Below, piece by piece: positions 29,661-42,472 of a DNA stretch of 64,000 nucleotides; the stretch's first letter is position 1, and each line of letters opens with the position of its first letter. The stretch covers positions 14,012,001 through 14,076,000 of the forward strand of contig OX597824.1 in NCBI GenBank assembly GCA_951406725.2. The letters run 5' to 3'. The notes below the pieces were generated by a model. The model was not told the DNA's origin, ran no database searches, and worked only from the letters and a program-made list of their open reading frames with translations. Origin of the DNA: Octopus vulgaris (lineage: Eukaryota). Both the position numbers and the translations under genes were made by a program.

Positions 29661-29965
29661 TGAATAAGAGTTGTGGTGATGGTGAAGGTAGTGGTGGTTG
29701 GTGGTGATGGTAGAGGTGGTGGCGGAGGTGACGGTGGTGCCAGTAGTTCTGGCGGTAGTGACATCAGAAGTGGAGGTGATGTGATGGCTACGGTAACAGC
29801 TAGTAGCGATTATGGTAGTAGAGTCTGTGGTACTAGTGGCGATATTATTGGCGGTCATACTGACATTAGTGTTATATTATGTGGTGCCAGGGGTGGTGAT
29901 GATGAAGGTGATGATGAAGGTGATGATGAAGGTGATGATGAAGGTGATGATGAAGGTGAGGATGA
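28400..29965. repeat. Compound trinucleotide array (GTA/GTG/GTC/GAT)n with internal duplications and a 12-mer (gatgatgaaggt)n
   Basis: Seen directly; it produces the spurious poly-Val/Thr/Pro ORFs. Confidence 0.95.
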
Positions 29966-30589
29966 GCATAGATCCTTAAGGACAGAACTTACCGCCACCC
30001 ATATTTCACAACTCTTATAAATAATTATTAAGGGTTTTTTGTTGGGTTTTTGTTGGGAGGTTTTTTTTTGGGGGGGGGGGGTTGGCGAGAGGTGGTTCTT
30101 TACTAACACGAACAGTCCCTAATTCCATCGGATCCAAAATTTTTTTCTTTCCTTTTATTTTATTTTCTACATTTTTCGAATCTGTAATGAATAAATATCC
30201 CCATCTTCACAGAGCTCTCAGACACAACCAGCATCATTCTGTCACATACTTCGCTCCAGTTGTCATGCTTTCTTCTGACCCAATTTGCTGCTACGGTTGG
30301 CTGTGTTAGCTTTCACCTCTCCGTTGCTACTCAATCAAAGATACAGTGGTGGTTTACGCTTCTCCTAATCTGGTTATCTTCTAAGACTGTTGAGGCCAGA
30401 CTGATCGCCAAGTTACATTTCCAGTGTAACTATGACCGCAACAGTGCTTTCTTTTATAAAAAAATGCTTTAGCAAAGACTAAAAGTACTTTGCTTCTAAT
30501 GGTCTTAACAGCACACCGGTGACTAACTCGAAATTTCATGCACTATCAAATCTGTATCCGGAGCTTCAGTACTAAATTGCAGCTATGGT

Positions 30590-31100
30590 TGTGATACTAA
30601 GGTGCTAGTTGTAACTGCTACTATAGTATTAAGAGCTAACAGTAACAAAAATATGTAACTGTATTTGTAACACTGAGGTCTCTTTGTAGTTGTAACAAAA
30701 ATGTGCTACTGTTGTTGTATCATTAGCTATAGCTAAGGTGTAGTCGTAACTATAGATCTAATACTAAACTCTAGTTATAGCCGTAACACAAACGTGTAAC
30801 TATAACTGTAACGTTTAAGTGCACCTATAGCTAACACGGGAACATAGCCGTAACACTGAGCTGTAGTTGTAACACAGATGTGTAACTGTAGTTGTAAATG
30901 TAACATTAGTCTTCGAGATGTATCTCTAACACTTAGGTTCAACTGTAACACTGGGTTACAGTTTAGACTGCAGCTGTAACACTAAGCTATGGTTGGATTT
31001 GTAACACAAATGTGTGGTTGTAACTGTAGCTGTAACACTAATGTGCAGTTTTATCTGTAGCTATAAGCCGTAACACTTAAATGTAACTTTCGCTGTAACC
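30590..31100. repeat. Degenerate minisatellite built on gtaact/gtagtt/gtaacac motifs
   Basis: Recurrent tgtaactgtagttgtaacac-like words. Confidence 0.7.
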
Positions 31101-31512
31101 CTCATGTGAAGTTATATGGAATATCAATATATAGGAGCACTCCGTCGGTTACGACGACGAGGGTCCCAGCTGATACGATCAACGGAACAGCCTGCTCGTG
31201 AAATTAACGTGCAAGTGACTGAACAATCCACAGACGCGTGTACCCTTAACATAGTTCTCAGTGAGATTCAGTGTGACACAGAGTGTGACAAGGCCGGCCC
31301 TTTGAAATACAAGTACTACTCATTTTTGCCAGCTGAGTGGACTGGAGCAACATGAAATAAAGTGTCTTGCTCAAGGACACAACGCGTCACCGGGAATCGA
31401 ACTCACGGCTTTACAATCGTGAGCAGAATGCCGTAACCACTAAGCCACGGGCCTTCACATGGGATATAACATCATACATAAATATATATACATATATAAA
31501 TATATATATACA

Positions 31513-31600
<88 letters not shown>

Positions 31601-31811
31601 GATATTTGTTATTGTATCAGTAATGTGTAATTCTAAGCTGTTACACTAAAATGTAAGGTTGTCGTTGTTAGCCCCAGGCTGACCTTGATCGAGCATACCT
31701 ATGGTCAATGACAACCCAATCGTGACCGTCTCCTATTTTTATCTTCATGGAACCCAAGACCACATTATTCAACTTAACCTTTCCTAAGACGGTAGGAAGC
31801 GATTTAAGAAA

Positions 31812-32041
31812 GCGGCGAGCTGGCAGAATAGTTAGCACGCCGGGCGAAATGCTTAGCGGTATTTCGTCTGCCGTTACGTTCTGAGTTCAAATTCAGCCAA
31901 GGTCGACTTTGCCTTTCATCCTTTCGGGGTCGATTAAATAAGTACCAGTTACCCACTAGGGTCGATATAATCGACTTAATCCGTTTGTCTGTCTTTGTTT
32001 GTCCTCTCTGTATTTAGCCCCTTGTGGGTAGTAAAGAAATA
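31812..32041 (+). mobile_element. Full-length family A SINE
   Basis: TSD ggtagga(a/t)gcgatttaagaaa at 31791-31811 and 32042-32062. Confidence 0.9.
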
Positions 32042-32310
32042 GGTAGGATGCGATTTAAGAAAACTTGACTGCTATTTCTAGGTGACCAAAGGACCACGTA
32101 AAGGTTTCCTCGTTGGCTTGTGAGGCTCCCATCCCTAAAGGGTACCTACATCTAAGACATAATAAAATATGTTGTAACTGAAACTTAAATTTCACAGACG
32201 CTGCTGTAACAATTAACATTTATTAGAATAAATAGCAAATGTATTTGTTGCAGATATCCATTTTCGGAAATTCGTCATGACAGGACCACCACCTTTAGAT
32301 CTATCTTGTA

Positions 32311-32704
32311 CTAGCAGTATCGCCCGGTGTTGCTCGGGTTTGTTTCGACCCTTTAGAATTGGAATTTTTGAAAAGTAAAAAATTTGCATTCTGTAGCTTG
32401 TTATTCTCTTTAAGTGAACATTTTTCTGGTTGAAATACACCGAAAAATGGCGACACAGCAGTCAAAAAATCGTAAAAAATAGGGATTTTCATAGAAAAAA
32501 AAAGCACCTTTTTCATGTAAATAATTTTTGGTGTTAACATGGTCTGATTTGAATTTTTTCTTCTACGAAAGGAGGAACAAGCCTTCTTCTATCATACTCT
32601 CAATTTTGGTCAACTTGGGCCGCGAGGTCTCGGAGGAGATAGTGTTAGTTGAAGGCTACCAAACCTCCCATACACAGACAACTTCAGCTTTAGATATAGA
32701 GAGA
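32311..32704 (-). mobile_element. Non-autonomous Helitron-like element, copy 2
   Basis: Reverse complement of 4870-5259; A|TC...CTAG|T termini. Confidence 0.82.
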
Positions 32705-32981
32705 TTATGTCCGAACAGGTGGTGATAATGGGGATGGCTGCCGTGGCTGTATTGGTGCTGGTGGTTACGATAATGGCGTTGGTAATGATGAGAGAACGTG
32801 ACTACAGTGTTAGTAGTGACCAGGGTAATTTTGATGTTGGAAATTTTATGATAATGCTGAGAGTGACGTTTATGATAATTGACGTAGTAATGCCTGGGAA
32901 AAGATGGTATAGCTGTATGTATGTATTATCTCTTTTGTACATTCGTTAACGGATTTTTACGATCTCTTTTTCTCTTTACAG

Positions 32982-33104
32982 GGGTTGCCAACCCGGACAA
33001 TTTCTGGAATGCTATCCAGGACATAGTTAAACACAGGGAACTGTACAACCGGCGATGGAAATCAGACGCTTTGAAGAATATGAATGGCGAACGAATCAAC
33101 GAAG
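32982..33104 (+). CDS. VWA7: VWA7-like exon, 123 nt, phase 1->1: GVANPDNFWNAIQDIVKHRELYNRRWKSDALKNMNGERINE
   Basis: Acceptor ctctttttctctttacag| and donor G|gtagcg; only one frame is open. It aligns by eye to the VWA7 segment F..A..E(I/V)..AN...D....HFDAER..QG and joins in frame to the 48978 exon. Confidence 0.85.
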
Positions 33105-33516
33105 GTAGCGGTCTCTTCTGTATATCTGTTTTCTTTTCTTCTCTTTTAATGCTTGCTATTTACGCTGCAGGAAGCCATTACAGTAGCAGTACAACTACAG
33201 ATTGCTTATCCATATTTTAGACAACCGTACGGTATAATGAATCCTTCCTTTAAACCTCGATTCCTGGTTGTGTTGTAAGAGAGCTTTGGTGACATACGGC
33301 GTGTCTTGAACGTTTTCAAACCTGGTGTCTATCCCTCTCCATGTTTGAATATAATCTATGTCTTCCAAAGAAAAGAAGAGAGTAGGAGAAAGGAGAGAGA
33401 AGAGAGGGAGAGAGGGAGAGGAAGAAAGAAAAAGAAAGACAGAAAGAAAGAAAGCAAAAGAAAGATAGAAAGACAGATGGAAAAGTAGGAAGACACAAAG
33501 AAAGAAAGACAGACAG

Positions 33517-33555
<39 letters not shown>

Positions 33556-33562
33556 TAGAAAG

Positions 33563-33631
<69 letters not shown>

Positions 33632-33799
33632 TACAGATAGAAAGAAAGAAAGATCAACCCCAGTATTAGATGGTACTTTATTTGTCTACCCTATAAGGTT
33701 GAAAGGCAAAATTGATCCCGGAGGGATTTGAACTAAAAACGCAAAAATTAATACCACATGGAATTCTGTCCGATGCCCCCAGCATCACTGCCAAGAATG

Positions 33800-33837
<38 letters not shown>

Positions 33838-33844
33838 CATTCTT

Positions 33845-33909
<65 letters not shown>

Positions 33910-34031
33910 ATATATATGCATTATTAAATCTCAGAATGAGATTGAAACAGTAATCGCTCGATAATGTAAAGTATGTGGTTAGCCATGTTATGATGGCTTC
34001 TATACTTTATATATATATATGTATGTATATA

Positions 34032-34185
<154 letters not shown>

Positions 34186-34710
34186 GAGAGAGAGAGAGAG
34201 ATTACGCTATATAAAATTCATAAATTCATTTCTGACATTTTAATATATCTTATTTATGTCTTACATTTCGATTATTAATGAGTGTAAGTATATTGTTAGC
34301 GTTGCAGATCTACAACTGTAGCTTCCATTTTTAGCGTACAAATTGCATTGAACGATGCCTGACCAGTTAAAGTAATAATACTCCACGACTACAACGAAGA
34401 CAAGAAATAGTCGATTGGCTTTGACCTAAACATGTTAGATTAGATGCGGGTGGATCTTCAGTTGAAATCCACTGCAAATGTACCGCAGCATTTTATGACA
34501 CTATGCATAATTCTGTGTCCCGATTCGCTTAATTGCCAAGAATATTTGCTAACCTTTTAGTAATGTTATCTATGAAAGTCTGACGCGCTGTCAAAGCAGT
34601 CAGGTGTATTGTATCTCTCTTAATGGCATGAAATCGCAACTAAAAGCCAGAACTTGCAAATTATAGTTTTCCTCCTTCGCAGTCAGTATCATAGGCCTAC
34701 ATTTATACCT

Positions 34711-35306
34711 ATTTCTTTACTACTCACAAGGGGCTAAACACAGAGAGGACAAACAAGGACAGACAAACGGATTAAGTCGATTATATCGACCCCAGTGCGT
34801 AACTGGTACTTATTTAATCGACCCCGAAAGGATGAAAGGCAAAGTCGACCTCGGCGGCATTTGAAATCAGAATGTAGCGGCAGACGAAATACCTATTTCT
34901 ATTTTTTACCACCCACAAGGGGCTAAACACAGAGGAGACAAACAAGGACAGACAAACGGATTAAATCGATTATATCGACCCCAGTGCGTAACTGGTACTT
35001 ATTCAATCGACCCCGAAAGGATGAAAGGCAAAGTCGACCTCGGCGGCATTTGAACTCAGAATGTAGCGGCAGACGAAATACCTATTTCTATTTCTTTACC
35101 ACCCACAAGGGGCTAAACACAGAGAGAACAAACAAGGACAGACAAACAGATTAAGTCGATTATATCGACCCCAGTGCGTAATTGGTACTTATTTAATCGA
35201 CCCCGAAAGGATGAAAGGCGGAATTTGAACTCAGAACGTAGCGGCAGACGAAATACCGCTAAGCATTTCGCCCGGCGTACTAACGTTTCTGCCAGCTCGC
35301 CGCCTT
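34711..35306 (-). mobile_element. Family A SINE trimer with a single head
   Basis: Three tandem body units enclosed by one ~21-bp TSD (34690-34710 / 35307-35327; exact core cctacatttatacct). Confidence 0.9.
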
Positions 35307-37816
35307 CATGGTCCTACATTTATACCTTAGTAGGTGCTAGACAACAAGAACAACTGTTTTCTTATATGTTTCTCCATTTATATATTCAGCTGTTCAACCG
35401 CCGATCAAACGAAGGATTATCCATGCAACTACTCGGCCAGCTATAAGTAGCAGCCATATCTATTTCATATCATACTTTCACTTTAAAGTGGAAAGGACAT
35501 ATATTTGATAATATGGTTATTTGATAACCACATGATCACTTATTTCCCATGAAAACCGAGTAACTGACTCTATGAGCCCTAGGACTCGAGATATTAATGT
35601 CCAAGGGTTGTTGTTGTTGTTGCTATTGATGATGAGAAGATTGGCTTAACTTCTATTTTGTTCCTGAGATTGTTTAAACGTCTTATTTGACGGGCTGGAT
35701 ATTTGTTATTCAGGAAAAACATATTCAAGTGACTCATTTCCTTTGTATAAATTGATGCAGATCGTTTTTGCTCAATGTTGAAGGTGTTTAAGTAGAGCGT
35801 TCTTAATTTTGTATGGTTGTTTTAAATAGAGCTCAATAATTATTGGTTTAAAAAAAAATTGATATTCGGACACCTGTTATTTGAACCCGTTACATTAAGG
35901 AATAACAGCTGGTTGTTACTCTCTTTTTTCTCTTTTACTTGTTTCAGTCATTTGACTGCGGCCATGCTGGAGCACCGCCTTTAGTCGAGCAAATCGACCC
36001 CAGGACTTATTCTTTGTAAGTCCAGTACTTATTCTATCGGTCTCTTTTGCCGAACCGCTAAGTGACGGGGACGTAAACACACCAGCATCGGTTGTCAAGC
36101 AATGCTAGGGGGACAAACACAGACACACAAACACACACATACATATATATATATATATACATATATACGACAGGCTTCTTTCAGTTTCCGTCTACCAAAT
36201 CCACTCACAAGGCATTGGTCGGCCCGGGGCTATAGCAGAAGACACTTGCCCAAGATGCCACGCAGTGGGACTGAACCCGGAACCATGTGGTTGGTTAGCA
36301 AGCTACTTACCACACAGCCACTCCTGCGCCTATATAGCCACCCCTGCTCCAGTATAAACTATACTGAGGTTAGAAGTGATTTAATATGATCTCAACAGCA
36401 GGAGGACTTAGAGGTCCTATTGCCGTTGAATACAAAGGTTTAATCCAGATAGCTTAATATAATTGAAGGATTCAAAGTTATACTTTCTAGATTTGTCCTC
36501 GAAGTACTCCAAATACATGCTAACCAATGCTGGTAATGTGGAGGCGCGTGGCTTAGTGGTTAGGGTGTCAGCATCATGATCGTAAGATTGTGGTTTTGAT
36601 TCCTGGACCGAGCGACATGTTGTGTTATTGAGCAAAACACTTCATTTCACGTTGCTCCAGTCCACTCAGCTGGCAAAAATGAGTAACGCTGCGATGGACT
36701 GGCGTCCCGTCCAGCTGGGGAACACATACGCCATACGCCATTGAAACCGGGCTTATGAGCCTGGCTAGGCTTTAAACGGGCACATTTATTTTATTTTTAA
36801 TGCTGGTAATACTGGCGAAAGTGGAGGCGCAATAGCCCAGTGGTTAGGGCAGCGGACTCGCGGTCGTAGGATCGCGGTTTCGATTCCCAGACCGGGCGTT
36901 GTGAGTGTTTATTGAGCGAAAACACCTAAAAGCTCCACGAGGCTCCGGCAGGAGATGGTGGTGATCCCTGCTGTACTCTTTCACCACAACTTTCTCTCAC
37001 TCTTGCCTCCTGTTTCTGTTGTACCTGTATTTCAAAGGGCCTGCCTTGTCACTCTCTGTGTCACGCTGAATATCACCGAGAACTACGTTAAGGGTACACG
37101 TTTCTGTGGAGTGCTCAGCCACTTACACGTTAATTTCACGAGCAGGCTGTTCCGTTGATCGGATCAACCGGAACCCTCGTCGTCGTAACTGACGGAGTGC
37201 TTCCTCCTCCTTAATACTGGCGAAAGTATTACGATACCTTCTACTCATTGGTAACTTGAATTACTGATCTAGACGAAAACCATGCATATTATTAGCATTT
37301 CTACGATGTAAATTGATATTTTCGTATGATCAAGGACTTGGATTTTTCTTTCTAGTTTAATTCTGATAACTGAATCGATGTACTTCAAAACTGTTAACGT
37401 CCAGATCAAGTGTCAAATTAACCAACAAGTAGCTTTTATTGTGGGCCCACTGCTGCAACCCAACTGTTTCGTCATTTCAAATCCTATTGCTATAACCTAC
37501 ATGCCTTGCCACCCGAATTAAAGGGAGAGATATATATCTAGATCTTCAGAACAGATGCTTACCAGATGCTCACCTTAACATTTGATCTGGTACAGTGCAA
37601 TGACAACATGACTGCAAGAAGGACATGTGGTGATACAAATTAGAACGCCTAATTATTGCTTTACTACTAGTCAGTACCATGAACAACAGTCTCAACTAAC
37701 ATATGTGGTTTATTAACATGCCTATTTATAATTGTTTCTCTATTTCTGTTGTTCCACCTTTTTAATATGCTCTTTTTACTAACGTTATACTAACATATAT
37801 ATTTTTTTTACCGCAG

Positions 37817-37829
37817 AACAGGGACATGG
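37817..37829 (+). other. Candidate 13-nt alternative microexon (AACAGGGACATGG)
   Basis: Two TACTAAC branch-point consensus copies (37777-37783, 37788-37794), then T-tract + ccgcag| and donor GG|gtaata. It is frame-shifting. Confidence 0.35.
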
Positions 37830-38740
37830 GTAATATTTTAAGAGAGCGGGAATGCGGGTGTATGAAGTGCATTCTTTCCCTAATAACAATTAGAAAGTAG
37901 CGCAAATAGTTATGAAATAGAATCGAAACCGGTTAGAAAGAAAACGGCTTTCTGTGAGCTTACCTTTGCTCAACTCAACCTTCTTCCTGAAATTGTTTTT
38001 ATTTGTATAGGCGCAGGAGTGGCTATATAGGCACGGGAGTGGCTGTGTAGTAAGTAGCTTGCTTACCAACCACATGGTTCTGGGTTCAGTCCCACTGCGT
38101 GGCATCTTGGGCAAGTGTCTTCTACTATAGCCTCGGGCCGACCAAAGCCTTGTGAGTGGATTTAGAAGACGGAAACTGAAAGAAGCCCGCCGTATATATG
38201 TATATATGTATGTGTGTGTATATGTTTGTGTGTCTGTGTTTGTCCCCCCAACGTCGCTTAACAACCGATGGTGGTGTGTTTACGTCCCCGTAACTTAGTG
38301 GTTCGGCAAGAGAGACCGATAGAATAAGTACCTGGCTTACGAAGAATAAGTCCTGGGTTCAATTTCTTCGACTAAAAGGCGTTGCTCCAGCATGGCCACA
38401 GTCAAATGACTGAAACAAGTAAAAGAGTAAAAGAGTAAACTGAATCACCTGCACACTGTACCCTCACGGTAGTAGATCTCTCTCACTTTTTGTTTTCTTT
38501 CGTTTACTCTTTCTGTCACTTCTCTTTAAGTGAAAAGAGAAAGATGAGATGAAGATCTAACAAGACCAGAAACCAGTGAAATAGCTTATTCTGCTATAGA
38601 GGGTAAAATAACTGCAGCGTAAATAGTCTATTTACTTTTCGCAGAAATACTAAATCATTTGCTTATTAAAAAGTTGTACCTTAGATTTCAAATTATATAT
38701 GTATATATTAGAAGGTTTGGAGATGATGTACAGGTATTTT

Positions 38741-39143
38741 ATATTAGAAGAAATGAGGTACTCAGAAATTCGGATGGTTTTATATTTACAGATATTTATT
38801 TGTATATTACATGTTTTTATACATCCTATATCATATATCATATATTAGCGCTTTCGTCCATTCTGGTGTGTAGTGGTGGGGAAGGATATGAGATAGTACA
38901 AGAGGGTACCCATTCATCACCCTCTTGTACTATCTCATTTCCCCGCCCCACCACTATACACTCAATAACACTATAAAAATGGTCAAATTTTTCCACAAGA
39001 ACTTAGTTGAATTTGACAACTCCACTAGAATGGTCGAAAGCGCTAATATATGATATATGATGTATAAAAACATGTAATATACAAATAAATATCTGTAAAT
39101 ATAAAACCATCCGAATTTCTGAGTACCTCATTTCTTCTAATAT
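38741..39143. mobile_element. Long-TIR foldback MITE (about 125-bp TIRs) with an internal hairpin
   Basis: atattagaagaaatgaggtactcagaaattcggatgg... mirrored at about 39023-39143; inner hairpin gagatagtacaagagggt / accctcttgtactatctc. Confidence 0.88.
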
Positions 39144-39149
39144 ATATAT

Positions 39150-39360
39150 AGTTAGTAAAAGGTTTTGATAATCCGTCGTTAGTTCAAATATGAAAAAAGC
39201 CGATATTGAATATATTGTTACGAGCAGCGAACAGAAGGACATCAGCTGCTGGTGCGTCGAGTCTGCGATGTGGTTTCGATTGTCGATTGTTTCTCTCCCT
39301 TAACACCAGACCTTGATTACAGGTCCGATTATATATTTCTGATATATTTATTCTACATCG

Positions 39361-39419
<59 letters not shown>

Positions 39420-40143
39420 AGACTCCCTTCGGTCGTGAATGACCATGGGATTGCACCTAGAAAGTTAGCCTCCCAGGAACAAGTCCGGGTAAGATTGTTT
39501 ACGAAGCCCTGCAGTCTCCGCGCCACCAATGTTATCCAAGGGAAACGCAAAGGCTGATACAGTTTGGCACCAGTGACGCCACAATTCATTTCTACAACTG
39601 AGTAAACTGGAGCAACGTAAAATAAAATGTGTTGCTCAAGAACACAACACAACACACAACCCGGTCCAGGAATCGAACTCACTACCTCATGATTGTGAGC
39701 CCGACACTCTAATCACTGAGTCATGCGCCTTCACACGCACACACACACACACACGCACACACCATATATTTATATATACGGAAAGAGAGAGAGGGGGGAA
39801 GAAAGAAGATCGGTGTATATTTAGCTAATGTATATTGACTACGAATATAAACATTGCCGAAGAACCGGAAATGAAGCTTTCTGAGATATTTATTCCACAT
39901 CGATTTATAAACACTCCCTTATCCCTCTCACCATCAGAAATGCAGCAAACCACTGAGTAGTTCATCGGACCTGTAATCAAGGTCCGATTTTAAAGGAGAG
40001 AAACAATCGGCAATCGAAACCACATCGCAGACTCGACGCACTAGCAACTGATGTCCCTCTGTTCGCTGCTCGTAACAATATATTCAATATCGGCTTTTTT
40101 CTTATTTGAACTAACGACGGATTATCAAAACCTTTTACTAACT
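39150..40143. mobile_element. Long-TIR element (about 180-bp TIRs) carrying a nested family E SINE and microsatellites
   Basis: 39150-39329 is the reverse complement of 39965-40143. Confidence 0.85.
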
Positions 40144-40920
40144 TGAACCAATGGTTTCCAACGTCTCTGTGACTTTGTCCCCTTACCTTCCTAACCTTAA
40201 AACATACCACACCTTTATTGAATGATTACTGTATAATAATGACACTTGTGTAATATTAAAATTTAAGTATACCTAAAACACTGTCTACTACACCGTAAAG
40301 TATTGGAACATCCCGGTTCCACAACCGCTGGTGTGATTAAAGAATGATAGAAAGTGATTATGACAATCATGGCTGTTTTAGGTCATCTTTGATTGATAGG
40401 ACTGTTTTGCTTCAGGTGGTATACATGGCCTGAATACTCGCAACAAAGTGGACTCTGCTAAAGATACCTAAGAGTCAGGTGGTAGTGTAAAATGTAGTTC
40501 TGGGTTTGCGGAAAATAGCCAAATTGACTGAAATTACGCCCTGTTATCTTGACAAAAGAGGGGAATCTGTGATTCTAGATATGTAATACTCGTGAGAAGG
40601 ATGACCTAGAAATGGGTTAGAAAACCACTTTTCATCGATCTGCTCACTGAGAATTGACTCGGGTTAAACAGCAACAGGAACATTAATAGCATATTAAAAA
40701 AAATGAGACGAGTTGTGTTGGGAAAAGAAAATGAGGCAGTCAAGCGAAGGGGAGACAAACACACAAATATATCCACACACAAACACACATACATATATAT
40801 GCACGTCTACCAAATTCACACACACAAACACGTCTCTCCAACTTCACTTACCAGGCACTGGTCGGTTCGGGGTATAGTAGAAGGCACTTGGCAAATATGC
40901 CGCGCAGTGGACTGAACCCG

Positions 40921-41305
40921 ATACCTATTTCTTTACTACCCACAAGGGGCTAAACACAGAGAGGACAAACAAGGACAGACAAACGGATTAACTCGATTAA
41001 ATCGACCCCAGTGCGTAACTGGTACTTATTTAATCGACCCCTGAAGGATGAAAGGCAAAGTCGACCTAGGCGGAATTTGAACTCAGAACGTAACGGCAGA
41101 CGAAATACCTATTTCTTTACTACCCACAAGGGGCTAAACACAGAGAGGACAAACAAGGACAGACGAACGGATTAAGTTGATTATATTGACCCCAGTGCGT
41201 AACTGGTACTTCTTTAATCGACCCCGAAAGGATGAAAGGCAAAGTCGACCTCGGCGGAATTTGAACTCAGAACACAGCGGCAGACGAAATACGACTACGC
41301 ATTTC
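40921..41305 (-). mobile_element. Family A SINE dimer adjoining a family B fragment; similar dimers at 42858-43275(+) and 52069-52465(+)
   Basis: Tandem body units joined at aaagaaataggtatttcg. Confidence 0.85.
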
Positions 41306-42255
41306 TCAGCCACGCTTCTTAGATTTTTTTTTTTTTTTCTTAGGCAGTAATTTTTGACTTAGGTGAATTTCTAGTAAAGTTTCCATCAGATCAAGCGACG
41401 ACATGGAGGCTTTCTCATTAGAACGCAGTTTATTTAGAGCAACGTGTTACAACTTCCGCCATACTCTTAGTTTAAAAGTGCTAAACATACTTGAGTTTCC
41501 ACTTGGTTTCCCCACCCCTTTTATGTTCGCTCTTGTTTCAATTATTTTGATTACTCGAATTTAATTATTACTTAGTTAAGTCGATAAAGGTCAGTTAGTT
41601 TCAGATAGCAGAACCCTGTGTGGAATATGTTACCAAACCGTCAGGAAGGAACAAGTCTGGTTTTCTTATCTTGTCTCATTCCTTACGGAGACAAGTTCTT
41701 TTCTGTCTTTCAACTATCGGTTTAAGTACATTTTTTTTTTAATTTAATAACAAGAAAACTTTCCAAAATGCAATGTCTTCCCTAAATTCTTGACTTTAAA
41801 ATCACGCTTACGCGTTAATAGCCATTGCTATCAAAGCACTACTAATTTAAAAGATAGAGTCACTATGAAGAACAGGGAGAAAACACAGAGGAACAGAATT
41901 AGAGAGAGAACGAGCGAGCAAGGAAGAGAGAGAGAGAGGGTAGAATGAAGGGGGTAGAGTGTTTTTGTGCCAGTTTTCTCATCGCCTCGTTCCAATAATA
42001 ATTAAATTTGAGGCTGTTAATAAGGGTGTTTTTCCGACCACACAGAACTCTGTTGCTAAGAAACAACAGGGACACTTGTTTTGTTTTGTTTTTGTTATTA
42101 ATTAATTTTTTTTTCTCTCTTTTGCTTATTTTTTTTTTTTACATTTATTTTGCATCTGTGTGCGTTTGTGCGTTCTATCCTTTGCAATACAAACAAACAG
42201 ATGTTTATAAGCGATGAACGGTATAGACACTATTACATACCAACAACAGTATATT

Positions 42256-42472
<217 letters not shown>

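Noticed and set aside
30214-30472. Open frame after a cacag acceptor-like site
   Set aside because: No good donor and no recognisable motif.
34711-35306. Regularly spaced repeats suggesting a CRISPR array or retrozyme
   Set aside because: The units are whole SINE bodies without unique spacers, the context is eukaryotic, and there is no CTGANGA/GAAA core in the unit.
36820-36895. tRNA-like sequences
   Set aside because: They are SINE heads continuing into repeat bodies, not standalone tRNA genes.
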